DNA from: Balanoglossus misakiensis
Lineage: Eukaryota > Animalia > Hemichordata
DNA length: 64,000 nucleotides
NCBI GenBank assembly: GCA_040954595.2
Contig: CM082584.2
Location: 6,452,110-6,516,109 of the forward strand
Direction: 5' to 3'
The notes below the pieces were generated by a model. The model was not told the origin of the DNA. It saw only the letters and a list, made by a program, of their open reading frames with translations, and made no database searches. Positions within the stretch are counted from its first letter, which is position 1; every line of letters starts with the position of its first letter. Of the stretch, positions 1 through 13,225 are shown piece by piece. The translations under genes were made by a program, and so were the position numbers.

Positions 1-950
1 GATACAGTACAGAAGCAACTCAAACTTGTTACGATGTCAGTAACTGGAGTAAGCAATTACACATCCTTGTCAGACGGTTAAATTGAATATAAACCCACTC
101 TTTCACATTCCTTACATGATGAATTTAGACTCAGAGTTCAATGTGACCTACTCAGCAACTTCATCCAATAACGCCCAAAGCACAAAAATAACACTGCTAC
201 ATTGCCTAACAGTGCACCAACCACTGTTAGGCAATGTTAATGTTTAATTTCATAACTATAATGATCACTTTTCATATCAAATTCACCATTTACAACCTGT
301 TACATAAATCAAGCTTCAACTGACACGCTCTTCAACCAAATTTATCTCTTGTAAACTAAAGACTCAGTTTGAGTGCTGAAAAAACAGGGCGCCATACAGC
401 AGAATACAAACATCCATTGACCTTGAGCTATTTGATACCAATGTATACATTGTGTTATTTTCCTCTAGTGTGGCAATTTATGACACTTTTTCGACCAATC
501 AATGAGCAGAAAGTGACATCAAGTGTGTGAGATCACATGACACCTTTGCGACCAATCCTTGCTTACCTTCAAGTATCTTTAAAAAGTCACATGAAACCTT
601 TGGTATCAGTCACAAACAGCCTATTGCAATGAACTTGAATCAGTGCAAGTTGCCCTGCCCTTGGCTGATATGATATCTAAAAATAATATTTTCATTTAAA
701 AATAAAACAAACAATGGTAGCTACTGTGCGTTGTATTTGACACACATACTGGTCATAAGCAGTGCACCTCTTTGACATCGAGTAAAATGTGAGTTGGTAT
801 GCCATCAAATCCTCCTAAAGAATCACTCACTCTCAACTGCAACACTAGCTGGTATGCACTTGAACTTCACAGTTCAAACACAGTACTCTCTTGGGAAGTT
901 TGTTTTCTCTCAACTGGGGGACATGATTGCCATACCTTCCAAATGTCTGT

Positions 951-1182
951 GCCATGTTGATTGACTGGTCAAGTATTTCAGTCACGTCGCATACCTCTAA
1001 GCCTCGGGACACAAATCACCGAATTCCCCCTGCAGACAGTTTTGACAGGTTACGCGCACTCTCCGCTCTTGTTTAACAGCCACGACCGGCTGTAAAAACG
1101 CGGCCATTTCGTTGAAACCCTTGTCTCTTGAATAAGAGTTATGACGTCGTGATTTTCGTCAGATGCTGACCTCTGACCTGAC
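951..1182. promoter_or_regulatory. Paralog-conserved non-coding block 1 (candidate enhancer) with perfect DR1 element
   Basis: 951-1082 has 1 mismatch in 132 bp versus the reverse complement of 58341-58472. Contains TGACCTCTGACCT (DR1) at 1167-1179, TGATTGAC at 958-965 and TGACAG at 1043-1048. Confidence 0.7.
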
Positions 1183-3754
1183 CAGTACAGGGCACCCCTC
1201 CTATGAAACTCCAAAACTAAACTTGTCGGCAAACTTTTTGACATCTATCAATCGCGTACTTCACAAGTGTTGAAGTTCGCCATGCAATTTAACTGTACAC
1301 GGAACACTTTCACACCATAATAAACAGAGCTGAACTATTTCAGAATTAACACACTGGTATTTTTTTATTCTGCCTTAACTGTGGACACAACATTTGTGAT
1401 CATTTTATCTTGTTTGACCTAGATTTATACGATTACTGACATGTCTTTTGAGTGGGACCGGAAACAAACACCTATCCACATGCAAATGAGCAGCTCATAC
1501 TGAGGACAATCCTCATCTGGTCTCTTAATTCTCTGACAGGCGTTTGACTTCTTCAAACATTGTACATCATGAGACCAACTTTAGACTAAGCCACTGGACT
1601 ATGATGCCCTAGTCCAATGCATGTCTTGGCTATGACAAATGTTTCTGAATAAGTATAATTGCCTGGTGGTATGATAATGATATCCAACTGACAATAGTAT
1701 ACAATATAGTGAGTAAATGAAATCAGTGGAAACACATTTGAGAAATATTTTAGAAATATCTCTAGACATGAAATATTACAACAAAATGCTTACTACCGGT
1801 AGGTGGACTATAACCATAATACCGGTTATGTATTGGATGATACAAATTGATATGTGTACATCACAACCTTTAACAAAGTTTGAATTTAATCAGTTGGGCT
1901 ATTAAAGTCTGTCAAATAGTTCCAGTTTCGTCTATAGGAACTAAAAATGAGTATATAACGAGAGACAACCCTACCTAGTTGTTTCTACGGTTACATCGCT
2001 CCCTCCAACTGTCAGACTCAAAAGAAGACGATACGCGGGAGACAAGTACGAACTGCAAGATAAAAGGTTCAGGATATTGCCGCTTAGTTCATGCGTAGCT
2101 GGGAAAAGCTCGGCGTGTCTTTCATTAAACCCAGCATGAAAAGAAGAATCTAAAGGTTGTTTGATGAACTGTCTGTGTCGCAGAATTAAAATCCCTGCGA
2201 CAGAAACGGCCAGCGTTTCATTCAATTCGCTGACGCGAATCCCGAAACTTCAAAATGTGGAATAATTACTACAAACAACGTAAGTGCCGACATAACGTCA
2301 CCGCAGTAGACACCGAACGCACTGCGCAGCGTCTGCAGAGAAAGGTTATCGTCCAAATTATCTCCCGAATGAGAATATTACGAGACATCGTTCAAACTAC
2401 AATCTATATACCAGCGATGACAGAAATTTGTCACCGTGGTAACTGACTGATGCTGCTCCGGCAGATAACCATATGAGTGACGCGCAAAGATATGGGAAAC
2501 GCCCGATAATTGATGTATAAAACTTTTGGAGTATGGCGGGGAAATATTGTTTCCATGGCAACTTGTAATGTGGCTATCACTTCACTGGTAAACTCCCCCC
2601 ATGGTGATCATTACTTCAATCCTCATTACGGAAAAAATAGCCGTCTGTGCCACAATCTGCCAAGGCAGGAAATCTACCAATAGGAGGAAACCGACACGAA
2701 TCCCACAAGCTGGATTAATATTTTCTGTCAGTTAAATTTCAAAGATATGGAAACAGCTGTCAATCATAATTCCAGCCCAATATTTTTTTTTTATTGAAAT
2801 GTCACTCACTGACATGGGCAAGAACACTACTGTATATCTGAACACAAAAGAGTGAATAACTTGTGGTATGTGGGTGAGCTGTAACCCCTCACCCCTATTT
2901 TTGAAGTGGATGTGACCTACCGTACTACTGAAAGCAACGGGGATGGTCCAAATTGTTGAAATGAAGGGTGAAATGTCAGTAGACTCTCTCCGAAAGTTCA
3001 ACTCAATAGTTTTTATATAACATGTCCTGTTTACGAGAATTTTCACCGATTATGTGCACAAAGGGAATTCTTCCACAGATGTGCATCCGAAAAATCCATT
3101 CCTGGAAACGTACACTATTATTAATCTTTCTTTTTTTGGAGGGGGGGGGGGATCAAAGACCCACACTCGGAATACATACTTTATTATAAACTTCGCAACT
3201 TGATTGGCCAAATTCACTTTACTTCATGGCCAAATTCACGTACAGCTATTTAACCATATTAATTTGACAATCAGCACTTCAAAGAAACGTCCAAGTCAAC
3301 AGCAGTATAACAATGCAGCACATATCCCATTAACCGACCACAGCGAGAACAAGCTGCCTAAACCATTCATATCCAAACAGATATATCAAGCTAATTATTG
3401 TTGAATTATAAGCACGTAGCAAAAAAAAAGCTCGACGCTCCACTCTTTACGTACTGCATGTGGCGAGTTTCAAACCAACATCTCTGATCAAATTGCTCCC
3501 TATTACCCTTCCTAATAACATCACCGCTGTACAATTCACACAACAGTTTCCCGCAGCTGGGGAGACGGTGAAATTTAACCACGTCTCTGTGCTCTGAGCG
3601 CTACTTTTGAACAAACGGCCACCAAATTGGCTCCTGGGAGGTTCACCACGGTTCAATTCCAATTTGACACTGTTTGCGTTATTCAAGTTCTTTCCTCTTT
3701 CCAGCTTGCTGAGATACATTTCAACGCAGTTTACACTCTCTGCATGAGTATTAA

Positions 3755-4106
3755 AGGGACAAAGTCTCTCTCTCTCGCTGCCCTTTTTTTCATTAATTAT
3801 ATTTGATAAGAGACAACGTTTGTTATTCTGCATGTGGATATATAGTGAATGAACGTTCAACCACACACAACTTACATCCATCCCTCTTATAGACAGGAGA
3901 GTGAAAAAACTCGCCAAAATGAATAATCGTTCTTTACCATTTATTCATTTTGGGCGAGTTTTTACTCTCATATCATACAAGTGGGATGGAAGTTTTGTGT
4001 GGTTGATCATTGATTCACTATATATCCACATGTACATTAACATAAACAGTGTCTTGTATCAAACATAATTAATGGAAAAGGCCAGCGAGAGAGAGACTTT
4101 GTCCCT
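3755..4106. mobile_element. MITE with TTAA target-site duplication (Kolobok-like AG...CT termini), copy 1
   Basis: TTAA at 3751-3754 and 4107-4110. Long imperfect TIR starting AGGGACAAAGTCTCTCTCTCGCTG. Near-identical copy at 49963-50310. Confidence 0.9.
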
Positions 4107-6490
4107 TTAACCACAGACCTGCCACTTAAAACAAATGTGACTTCGAAAATTGTCGATTCATAACAATTAATATTTCAAGACAATTGAATGGTATACAGCA
4201 ATGAACTGTTGACATCTGAGGGAAATACTGATGGCCTGACAAATAAGCTTGTTTAATTGTCTCAAATCTCACTTGTCAGTTAAATTGAAAGACGGGCCCA
4301 GTGGCTGTGTGGTTTAACTCCTGCACAAATATGACAGTTTGTCAATGCACGGACAAATACAGGTGACACTCTGACATATCAGCTGCTCATCCTTGCAAAA
4401 AAAAGACAAACAATTTTCCAGGGTTGGATCAGGAACTGTCAATGGATGGCAAACGTTTCTGTTTCTGCCACACCGCGTTATAATTGCGATTTATGTAAAA
4501 TATTTATAAGACGTGTGGAACCGTCCAAGCAGAATGGAGATACACAGTCACGGAATGCCCGAATCCTGTGCATTTAAAAGTGACAGGAAGGTAGGTCTAT
4601 TAAGTAAGTGACAATTCACCAAAGCTGACAGTCGCATGGTTAATTGAGCAAATCCTAAGCTAGCTAAGAATGACGGAATGTCTGGGACTCTGGTTGCTTA
4701 ATTCTCACAACGCACACACACAGAAAACCATTGGTGGGACTGGCTCGACTATCTAGCTTAACATTCTGTACCAGTCATTCTGATTTTATAAGGGCGTACT
4801 TGGAAGTTGAAGCCCTAAGAGCAAGCTGCGCAAGCGAGATGAAATGTTACCTGGCTTTGAAACGCATCACCATTAGTACACAAACCACAACTCTATGCAT
4901 TGTTCACATTATATATACCAGTATGTATCTGTCTAGGACCTAGACCTATACATATCTCCACGGCGAAATATCCCATCCAGGGTATGCTGACACTGACACA
5001 CTGGAAGTTGGTGCCTGACTCAGGGCTGGCATTATTAACATAATTTCCAAGAAGATAATGAAAATCAATGATCATAATTTCCAAGAATGTAATGAAAATC
5101 AACAACAGTCTGAGGGAACTGGTTGATTGGTAATTTTGAATGAATAACAGAACACTTCTCTAATGAAGTCCAAATTAATGTGTTTCTAGGTAAAAATGTT
5201 CTCTTAATATTTAATGATAATGAGCTCCCAGCAGAATCGCTGTTAAAGTTCACAACTCTACAGACGCCAGATCACACTAAACACTTGTCCAAACTACTGG
5301 TGCAGATTTGTAAACCATTTCACATTCCAAGTCTAGAAAATTAACTAGATGTAATTCTCAGTACATTAGAAGTGTAAACACTGACATCAAATGCAATCAA
5401 CTCGCGAAACCTCCAGGAATTTTATCAAACTGAAACTGCAAACAATCCTGTGAAGGGTCCCCACTCAGCAAAATGCTACAAAATATACTAATTAACAAGT
5501 CTCCATTCCAATTCATTTCTAATAAATAAACATTCAGTTTGTTCTCTCAAACCGAATGATGAAACTTTCCAATCTACAAAACCCTGCTTATTAAATTTAC
5601 ACTAAACATGGCTTCATAGCACAAATTAATGAAGGATAATTTAATAAGACCTGAGGCGGGCTGTTATATTGTGAAATCCATTCCGAGAGTTGGTTTCCGT
5701 TTGGCTGTTCAGATATATAGTACGTCTGCATCAGGGCCATGTGTAACTGAGTCTTTAGCAAATGATGTACCACACACACAGACATCAATAAAGCCTCGAT
5801 CAATTTACTTTTGCTCACATCTTTCATCAATCTACTGTGATTATTGCATCTGCATACACCCAGAAATTGAGTCCAACAGTGACTGCCCTACAAGACTGTG
5901 TATCTTCACTTCTGTCAAAGTCATGACAGACCACTATCACTGTGCTTGACTTATAATCATGTTTTCACAATCTTCGTGCAGGCCAGAACCTAACACTGGA
6001 AGCTAAGCTGTACACATTATTGTCTTCCTGTCAACTAACCTGCTCGTGAATCAATTAACTCACCTGTAGTTCGTTCGTTCTATCCATCAATCCACCCACC
6101 TGTCTATCATATCTTCAAAAACTCTAATCTTTCTAATCTAATCAGCGCAGTGACATAATCCCTGCCTCAACAAACACAACTTGTTAATCCATCTACTCCA
6201 GAATTTCACTCCTCATCAACACTTTTATCGACCTACTCATCTTTCCCGCCATACATGAATCGTTAAATCTGCCAAGACCTGTCACATTTGACACCAAGAG
6301 TATCACTGTCGTATTCAGTGCAACCCTGCAACAGGTACAATGTATTGCAATAGACTCTAGCCCACCAGTCGCTTGGCGATTAATGCTGCCAACTGATCCC
6401 ATAAGCCACCAGTTCTAAATTAAAGCGAGCTAAAACACATTTTTACTCTTTTCAGATCCAATTATACTGACATGTCTGACGACCAACAAC

Positions 6491-6785
6491 CACTCCTGAT
6501 CACAGAGTTTCCATGACAACTTGTGCAGATGGATGACCAAATCCGATCATTGCCTGTTCTTGGTCAAATGGCTGAAAATGACTTGACAAGCGGATAAACA
6601 ACCTTTTTAGGTTTCCTTCCCAATCACAGGAAGTCAGCATGACTGATGTCTCAACAAGGTGTTTTTTTTCCACCTGGATTAAACTAAGAAGAGCCTCGGT
6701 CGGTCGCATGAATAACAAAACTCTGGGGATCATTATTCCACAACACTCATCAGTGCACACACAACTTCACAGTGATAGTGCAACA
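6491..6785. promoter_or_regulatory. Paralog-conserved non-coding block 2 (candidate enhancer; ETS and X-box motifs)
   Basis: High identity to the reverse complement of 52990-53284. Contains ACAGGAAGT at 6626-6634 and GTTTCCATGACAAC at 6507-6520. Confidence 0.7.
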
Positions 6786-9091
6786 CAAGACAAGCAGCCT
6801 TGATGATAGCCAGCGCAAAGATGTCTGCCGACAATTAGGAATTCTATGTGTTAATCCCACGTAACACACAATACACAGCTGATTGCATTACCATGGCTCC
6901 ACTATTAAAAACTAGCGCTCTTCAAACTCGGATAAAAGCCGGCACACCACAAGCTTTCCTGGTGTTTTCACAGGAATACAGGGAAAGAGCTAAACTTAAA
7001 ATACCTTGCCTTTTTACCAACTAAATTTAGTGGGAGTTTTGAAAGCTCAAAACTAGCCATATCTCCTGCTCACGATTTCTTATTACAACGTACATGTACC
7101 TCACAGAGTATTTTATCCACTTCAAAATGATGGTTTTTGCTTTGATGCTTACAAAATTAGAAATTTCTTAATATTAGCAAAAACTGCCAGTTGACCAAAA
7201 GTGCAGTCTTTAAAAAAAAACACGATCTGGGATTGGTCCCAGACTGCCCTTTTGGTAGAATTGGGAGTCCAAGTTTGCGGTCCCAGATCGATTAGGTTCT
7301 TGGAACTCGTAGATTATAATCTCCCAATGGTACTCAAATTCAAAATGGGGGCCATAAAACACCACACCCAGATTCTCGTTAACATTCCAGACTTTGATTT
7401 ATATTTCAATTGAAGCAATTTTCTCTCTTGAATATTTCACACCACTTGCAACCTGACCAGTTACATGTTTTATGGCCCTGGAGCATTTGCTAAATGCAAT
7501 TGAACACTTGAAAATGCTACTTAGTTAAGACATTAAGTGCAATTATCTCCCTCTTCAGATGAAATTATTTGATCAAGAACCAATTGAAGGTGACCTTTCA
7601 AACAATTAAAATGCGCTATAATTTTAACAGCCTTGCAGTTCAAGAAAAGCAATAAACGTTTGTAATTTTCACCGTGCTGAAGCTACACTCCGAAATGGAA
7701 ATAAACTGCAAAATGATCTCAGACATTGTCGTTCATATAAGGTACACTTGGTGTTTCTACCAAAAACAGGCACTATAGACTAGTCAAATGCTTTTTATTG
7801 GACAAAAGATTATTAATCTGTCAATATAACTGAATATGCAAAGAGTATATGCAAACAGATTGTACATAAAGAGCACAGCAAACAGCACACTATTTTACAA
7901 ATTCCACCATTTCTGTATACCTGGATTTCATGACAGAAAAACACTCTTTGGTTTGATATACTGTCTCATAAAAATCAGGATATTCAAAGCCTTTGATAGC
8001 GGCACTTAAAAACTCAATTGATAATATATTAGCACTTAAAACACAATTTAATTATCAGATCTCTCTGACAGGAAATTTGAGTACTTGATAAGCTTCTCAG
8101 TGCAGAATGAAAATCAGGCAAAGTGTTAGCGGGACAAACATCCTAACTAACTCTTTACCTTATTTCTATAAATTACCTTATTTCAATAAAATATGCAACT
8201 CAAACAAAAGTTCAAAAACTCAGCTTCACGAATATGTATGGGTGGTTTATAGGGGTTTTAACGTTGTCCTTGATGAGAAATAGGCCTCTGAAAAAGTCTT
8301 GACGGTTTCGTGCAATGCCACCTTAAAGCTATCCCGAGTAGAACAAGGAACCGGGAGTTGATACATGAAAGAGACATACGAAATAGCCAAAAGTTAGAAT
8401 TACTGGCCCAGGGCTTTAACATAGTGGCCCTTTAATACTCATGTGTGAACAAAAGGCTGAGAGGTACAATGTACAACTACATGTATTCTCGTTTAGAAAA
8501 TCAACAAAATAAATGCATTCCCTATGTAAAATTTCAAAGCGTACAACTAAAACTTAAGATTTGAGATACAAAATTTACAAATTTTTTATGGAATTCACTG
8601 AATTTCTGGAGATTGGGAACATCCATCCTTGTTTGACAAAAACTGATATTCTGCAAAGAACTCAGCATGATTCAGAGGGCAAGCATTTAGCCCGAAGCTT
8701 TACCCCCTCGCCCAAGTCATTCAACGTTAACAGGGAGTAGACAAGAAAGTTGTTCAACACTTTACTGAAGTTTACGTAGCTGGGCATTTTGTACGTTTTT
8801 ATCTTTTGTACGGCGAGTTTTGTCCCGATCAAAGCTTCGGGGAACTGCTGTATTGAAATGAATTCAATATACGGCTGATATTATGCTAGTGGGAACAGCA
8901 GCTCTCACAGTCTATCTCTTCCATTATCTATTTTGTTAAGTCCCGGTGCGTAGGCAAGTGAGACATTTATACAATTCTGAGATAACGTCCATTGAAATTC
9001 AGATATTGGGCCGCGACAGCTGCTCTGAATCGTACCGCTTTCCATTAAGGCCAACGCGATCTCCCTTTTTCCAAAACTACAAATTCCTTGT

Positions 9092-9480
9092 CAGTATCAC
9101 AGTCGCTTCACCGGAAGAACTGGTCTAAACATCCATTGACAGATTCATGACATGAATAGCCAATGATAGTTTCCTGGCCGTTTTTGACAAGCCGTATTCG
9201 CATCATTAAACCGCGTACATTAACCTCCTCTCCCAATTACACGATCACACTGTCGCCAAACATCCACCGCGATTTCATCTCATAATTTTATGCAATGACT
9301 TCAGATACAACTTGTAATCAGCACCTATTTATCTCCATAATATCCTCTGCGTCGCTTATTACTATGGTGATAATTACAAAACAATCCTAACATCGGCAAT
9401 ACCGGTACACCTACGTCAAAGCATTTATTCTGATCTACTCGGTGTTCTATTACATTACCTTTGACATTATCCATTTTCCC
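9092..9480. promoter_or_regulatory. Paralog-conserved non-coding block 3 (candidate enhancer)
   Basis: Roughly 90% identical by eye to the reverse complement of 48155-48549. Small indels break any shared reading frame. Confidence 0.7.
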
Positions 9481-12400
9481 CCAACTGGCTATCTCCGGAA
9501 GAAGTTTTTGCTCAACTTGCGCAATACGATCACACTGTATTACAGACGCATGTATTGTACCTTTTTTTCCCTTGGCGGGTTCCATAAATCATCTCCGACG
9601 AGGTGAATAGGAAAGAGAAGAAGCAGCCTTCAAGACTAGTTCTAATTTCTTATGTAGCACTAAACCGTAGCTGTAACAAATTAATGACAAGAGATAACAT
9701 CTTATTGGGTTACTTGACCACACTGCCAACAGCTGTTCAAAATCACATCACTTTTTTTTTCCAGTTGTCACCGGCAACAGAGGCTGACTGAAAATTACAT
9801 AAGCAAGTATTTCTGTCAGAAATGAAACAAGGGCAACCAACATGCACACACATACACAACACACACGTGTACACGAGTCCTACCCCACAAAAGCTGATAG
9901 CTAAACCATAGCCTGTCTATGGCTAAACTCACCAAAAGTGTCATCTCCATTGTCGCGTCATGCGCAATGCTAATACATATTAATCCAAAGAAAGCTCCCT
10001 TTACAAATTCACCAGGTCGTGAAAAGGGAACGACATTATCCACTACTTTGCAATCCTATTACTAATAGAGCTGTGACAAGACTTATATTACATACACCCT
10101 TTCTAGGCACGTACGCATGCATGCAGCACACAATCGGCGAGAATGCTAAATTCACTTTCACGTCCACGCATACTAACATACATTGTAAGCGTGTGTCAGC
10201 CAATTCTATTTCAGCTAACTCTGTGTGTATCCGGAATTCCTCACTAAAATTAGCGGTCAGAATGCAGAAACAAAGTGTGTCAGGAACCTAATAATGCTAA
10301 TATAGCATACTATTTGCAGACCTAAAAGGAGTTCATGGCTGTCAATGAATTGAAAATAGTTCAGATAATGTGCATTGGCAATTAACACAAAAAGGGTTCT
10401 ATCAGCTGAGGGAGAGAATCGCAGGCAAATACTCCTGAATATTCCATCGCATCAATGCCAGATACATGTTCATGTAAAGAGTGAATCTGTACAGAGACTA
10501 CTGGGTACAGAAATAGTTAAGTTCGCATCTGGGTCCACGGCCTGGCGTACAATCCAGTCAGAAAATTACAAGAAGATAAGGTAATCTTTTGGCTGCGTTC
10601 ATATTACATTGTACTTGGTAAGTATACTTCAAAGCACTTTTTTTCAGTCGCCCAGTTGAGGCATACAATGTAAACTAACATCATTCCCTCATCAACCGGG
10701 ACAAAAATTGTCCAGAGTACGTAACTGGACAGCAATGTTCACACCTGGAGTTTTAGGTCAGCCACAGCCCCATGACCTGATGAGGGTCTCAGACAACGTG
10801 ACGTGATCATAAAGAGCATCACAAATGAGCTCTGCTCTTCGAAGACAGAGAAAATCTTCAACAGTGAACCGCCTGATATAATGAACACAATTACTTACTA
10901 ATTAAAGGCTTCACAACCATAATCTCTTGCCCCGGTTGTCGTAACACGGCCATGCCCGACTAAAAATAGCAACAAAGAGGCTTGAAAGAGCAATTACGGG
11001 ACACGCTCCATTTCATCCTCAGTTTATCCGCCGACTATTTTTGGAAACACATCATCTGTATCCCTGATTGGGATTGCCTGGTCATGTTACGTTCCCCTGG
11101 CGAACAACCGCATTGCGCCACGCCTGAGTAGGAAACACAGTTCTGATTCCCAGTTCGGAAATAAATACACTCCCACACACAAACCAAGCGAATACCAAAC
11201 ACTAACATTCATTCATTCATTCATTCACACGCCTACAGAGGTAAAAAAAAGTTTACGTCATAACCGAAGACATTATGAATGAAGCTCTATACGATTCAGT
11301 CGCGATTGTTACGTCACCTCTAGGCTAACGACCTCAAACTTCAAGACGCTAAACTTCAAGTTCACCTGTCCAGTGTACATGGTGAACATCATGTACGCAT
11401 AAATCTTCTGGCTTGGGATACGAACAACTGCGACCGCACCTGTTTCTGTACAGACAGCCCATTCATTCTCTTTTCACAAGTTTTACGAGTTTCGTTGGTG
11501 GCCTCTTCGTATGCTCGTACATGAATACCAACGAGACAATTTTCATTTAAAGGCGCTCACAGGCGCCAGTCTTTCTCTGTTAGACTCCTTAAGCGGTTTT
11601 CCGATGAAAAATTTGTTGTGCAATATCCAAATGAGCTCATCTCGTTAATACTGTACACAGTACGCCTGCAAGAAGTTGCACCATAACTGTGCTATTTAGT
11701 AGTAAAATCCTCTTACGGTTATACTGAAGGATTCAAATTATTGAGGAATGGTTGCTAAGGATAATTTCTGGTAAAATTCTGCATGGTAACTGACAGACAA
11801 AAATTATAGGTGGGTGGGCTGCCCATTGTGGAGTACAGTTAAAATATGCACACTGAAAGATGGATATTTCCTTTAAAAGTAGAACTTTTAACAAAACCAG
11901 GAAAATCTTACCCTGAGTGGCAGCTAGGAGAGAGAAACCAACATTTAAATTTCTTCAGCACGGGATGGATGAATAAGCATATCAGCCATCGGGCACCCAC
12001 AGGTTTATGAAAGCATTCCATTCATATCTCTTGGTGATTACTTTTCTCTCAACATGGTACTTATATCTGATGCATACTTCTGATATGAATAAACTGACAA
12101 GATTATCTATCATACACGTATGATGCGAATATGATCATTTGCTCAAAATAGCACAGGGATCAAATGGGGGCATATTCTCTGCAGTGGATTGTGATATATG
12201 CGTTGAGGTTGCGTATATATGCGTATGTGGTTTTTCCATCATCAGGAGTTTGGTCGGAGATTACTGAATATTTGCTCACAATCCAATCCTTTCTGCCAAT
12301 TTTCAGTTTTGAGAAGTAAACAGTGGCAAAAATATATTTTTTTGAGTTTAGAATTGAAATAATCTGACATTTAGACCGTGCAATACGATATCGCCACCGG

Positions 12401-12646
12401 CTGCACGGAAGAATTTGTCAAGTTACCCAATTACACACACGGTGACATAATTCCTGAGAAGGGGCAGCTTCAAATACATGAACCGAGATGGCAGATATGT
12501 GACCCAGTACTGAGGTCCGACTCCAGGAATGAGGGGCGGCCATATATTGCATCTGGGCGCGCGACGCTTTTCGGCAGTACATTTTCAGTTACTCTGAGTG
12601 TCCAAAGAGCAGTTTTTTTCCAACTCAAGTGATCTGTGGCCCACAC

Positions 12647-13225
12647 AAGCGGCTCAGATTTGGTTTAATACTTCAAAGTAAAAATTATTTACTTCATAAC
12701 ATTACTGCATTGCACATTCGTGCAAAACAGATTGAAATCAAAATATAAACTTTGCTAGGTTACCACATGATCTGTGGATAAGTATATAGTAATACAAACA
12801 CTATAAATCTAAATAAAGATTTAAGAAAGACAAAAAATGCAAATTAACAGATACTTAATTTTTGAAGTTGATAAGAGGTTTGATTTTAAATTGACTTTAG
12901 GATTGATTTTAAATTAACTTTGAAAACTCAAAGCAGCTCAGATTTGGTTTAATACTTCAAAGTATAAATGATTTTCTTCATAACTTGCATTGCACATTTG
13001 TGCAAAACAGATTGAAATCAAAATATAAACTTTGCTAGGTTACCACATGATCTGGGGATAAAGTATAGTAATACAAACACTATAAATCTAAATAAAGATT
13101 TAAGAAAGACAAAAAACTGCATATTAACAGATACTTGATTTTGTAGAAGTTGATAAGAGGATTGTTTCAAATTGACTTTAGGATTGATTTTAAATTAACT
13201 TTGAAAACTCAAACAGTTCAGAATG
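12647..13225 (+). repeat. Tandem duplication, 2 x ~284 bp
   Basis: AAGCRGCTCAGATTTGGTTTAATACTTCAAAGTA starts at 12647 and 12931. The units are nearly identical through TTGAAAACTCAAA. Confidence 0.95.

Noticed and set aside
3447-3917. 156-aa - strand ORF partly similar to 57005-57271 and 49751-50270 ORFs
   Set aside because: Chimera of MITE sequence and mirrored intron; the frame is not conserved between copies.
6500-6760. ORFs at 6500-6760 (-) and 53028-53285 (+) share the peptide KKHLVETSVMLTSCDWEGNLKRLFIRLSSHFQPFD
   Set aside because: A by-product of DNA identity. The copies differ by frameshifting indels (T8 vs T7 run), have different starts and stops, and show no convincing splice sites.
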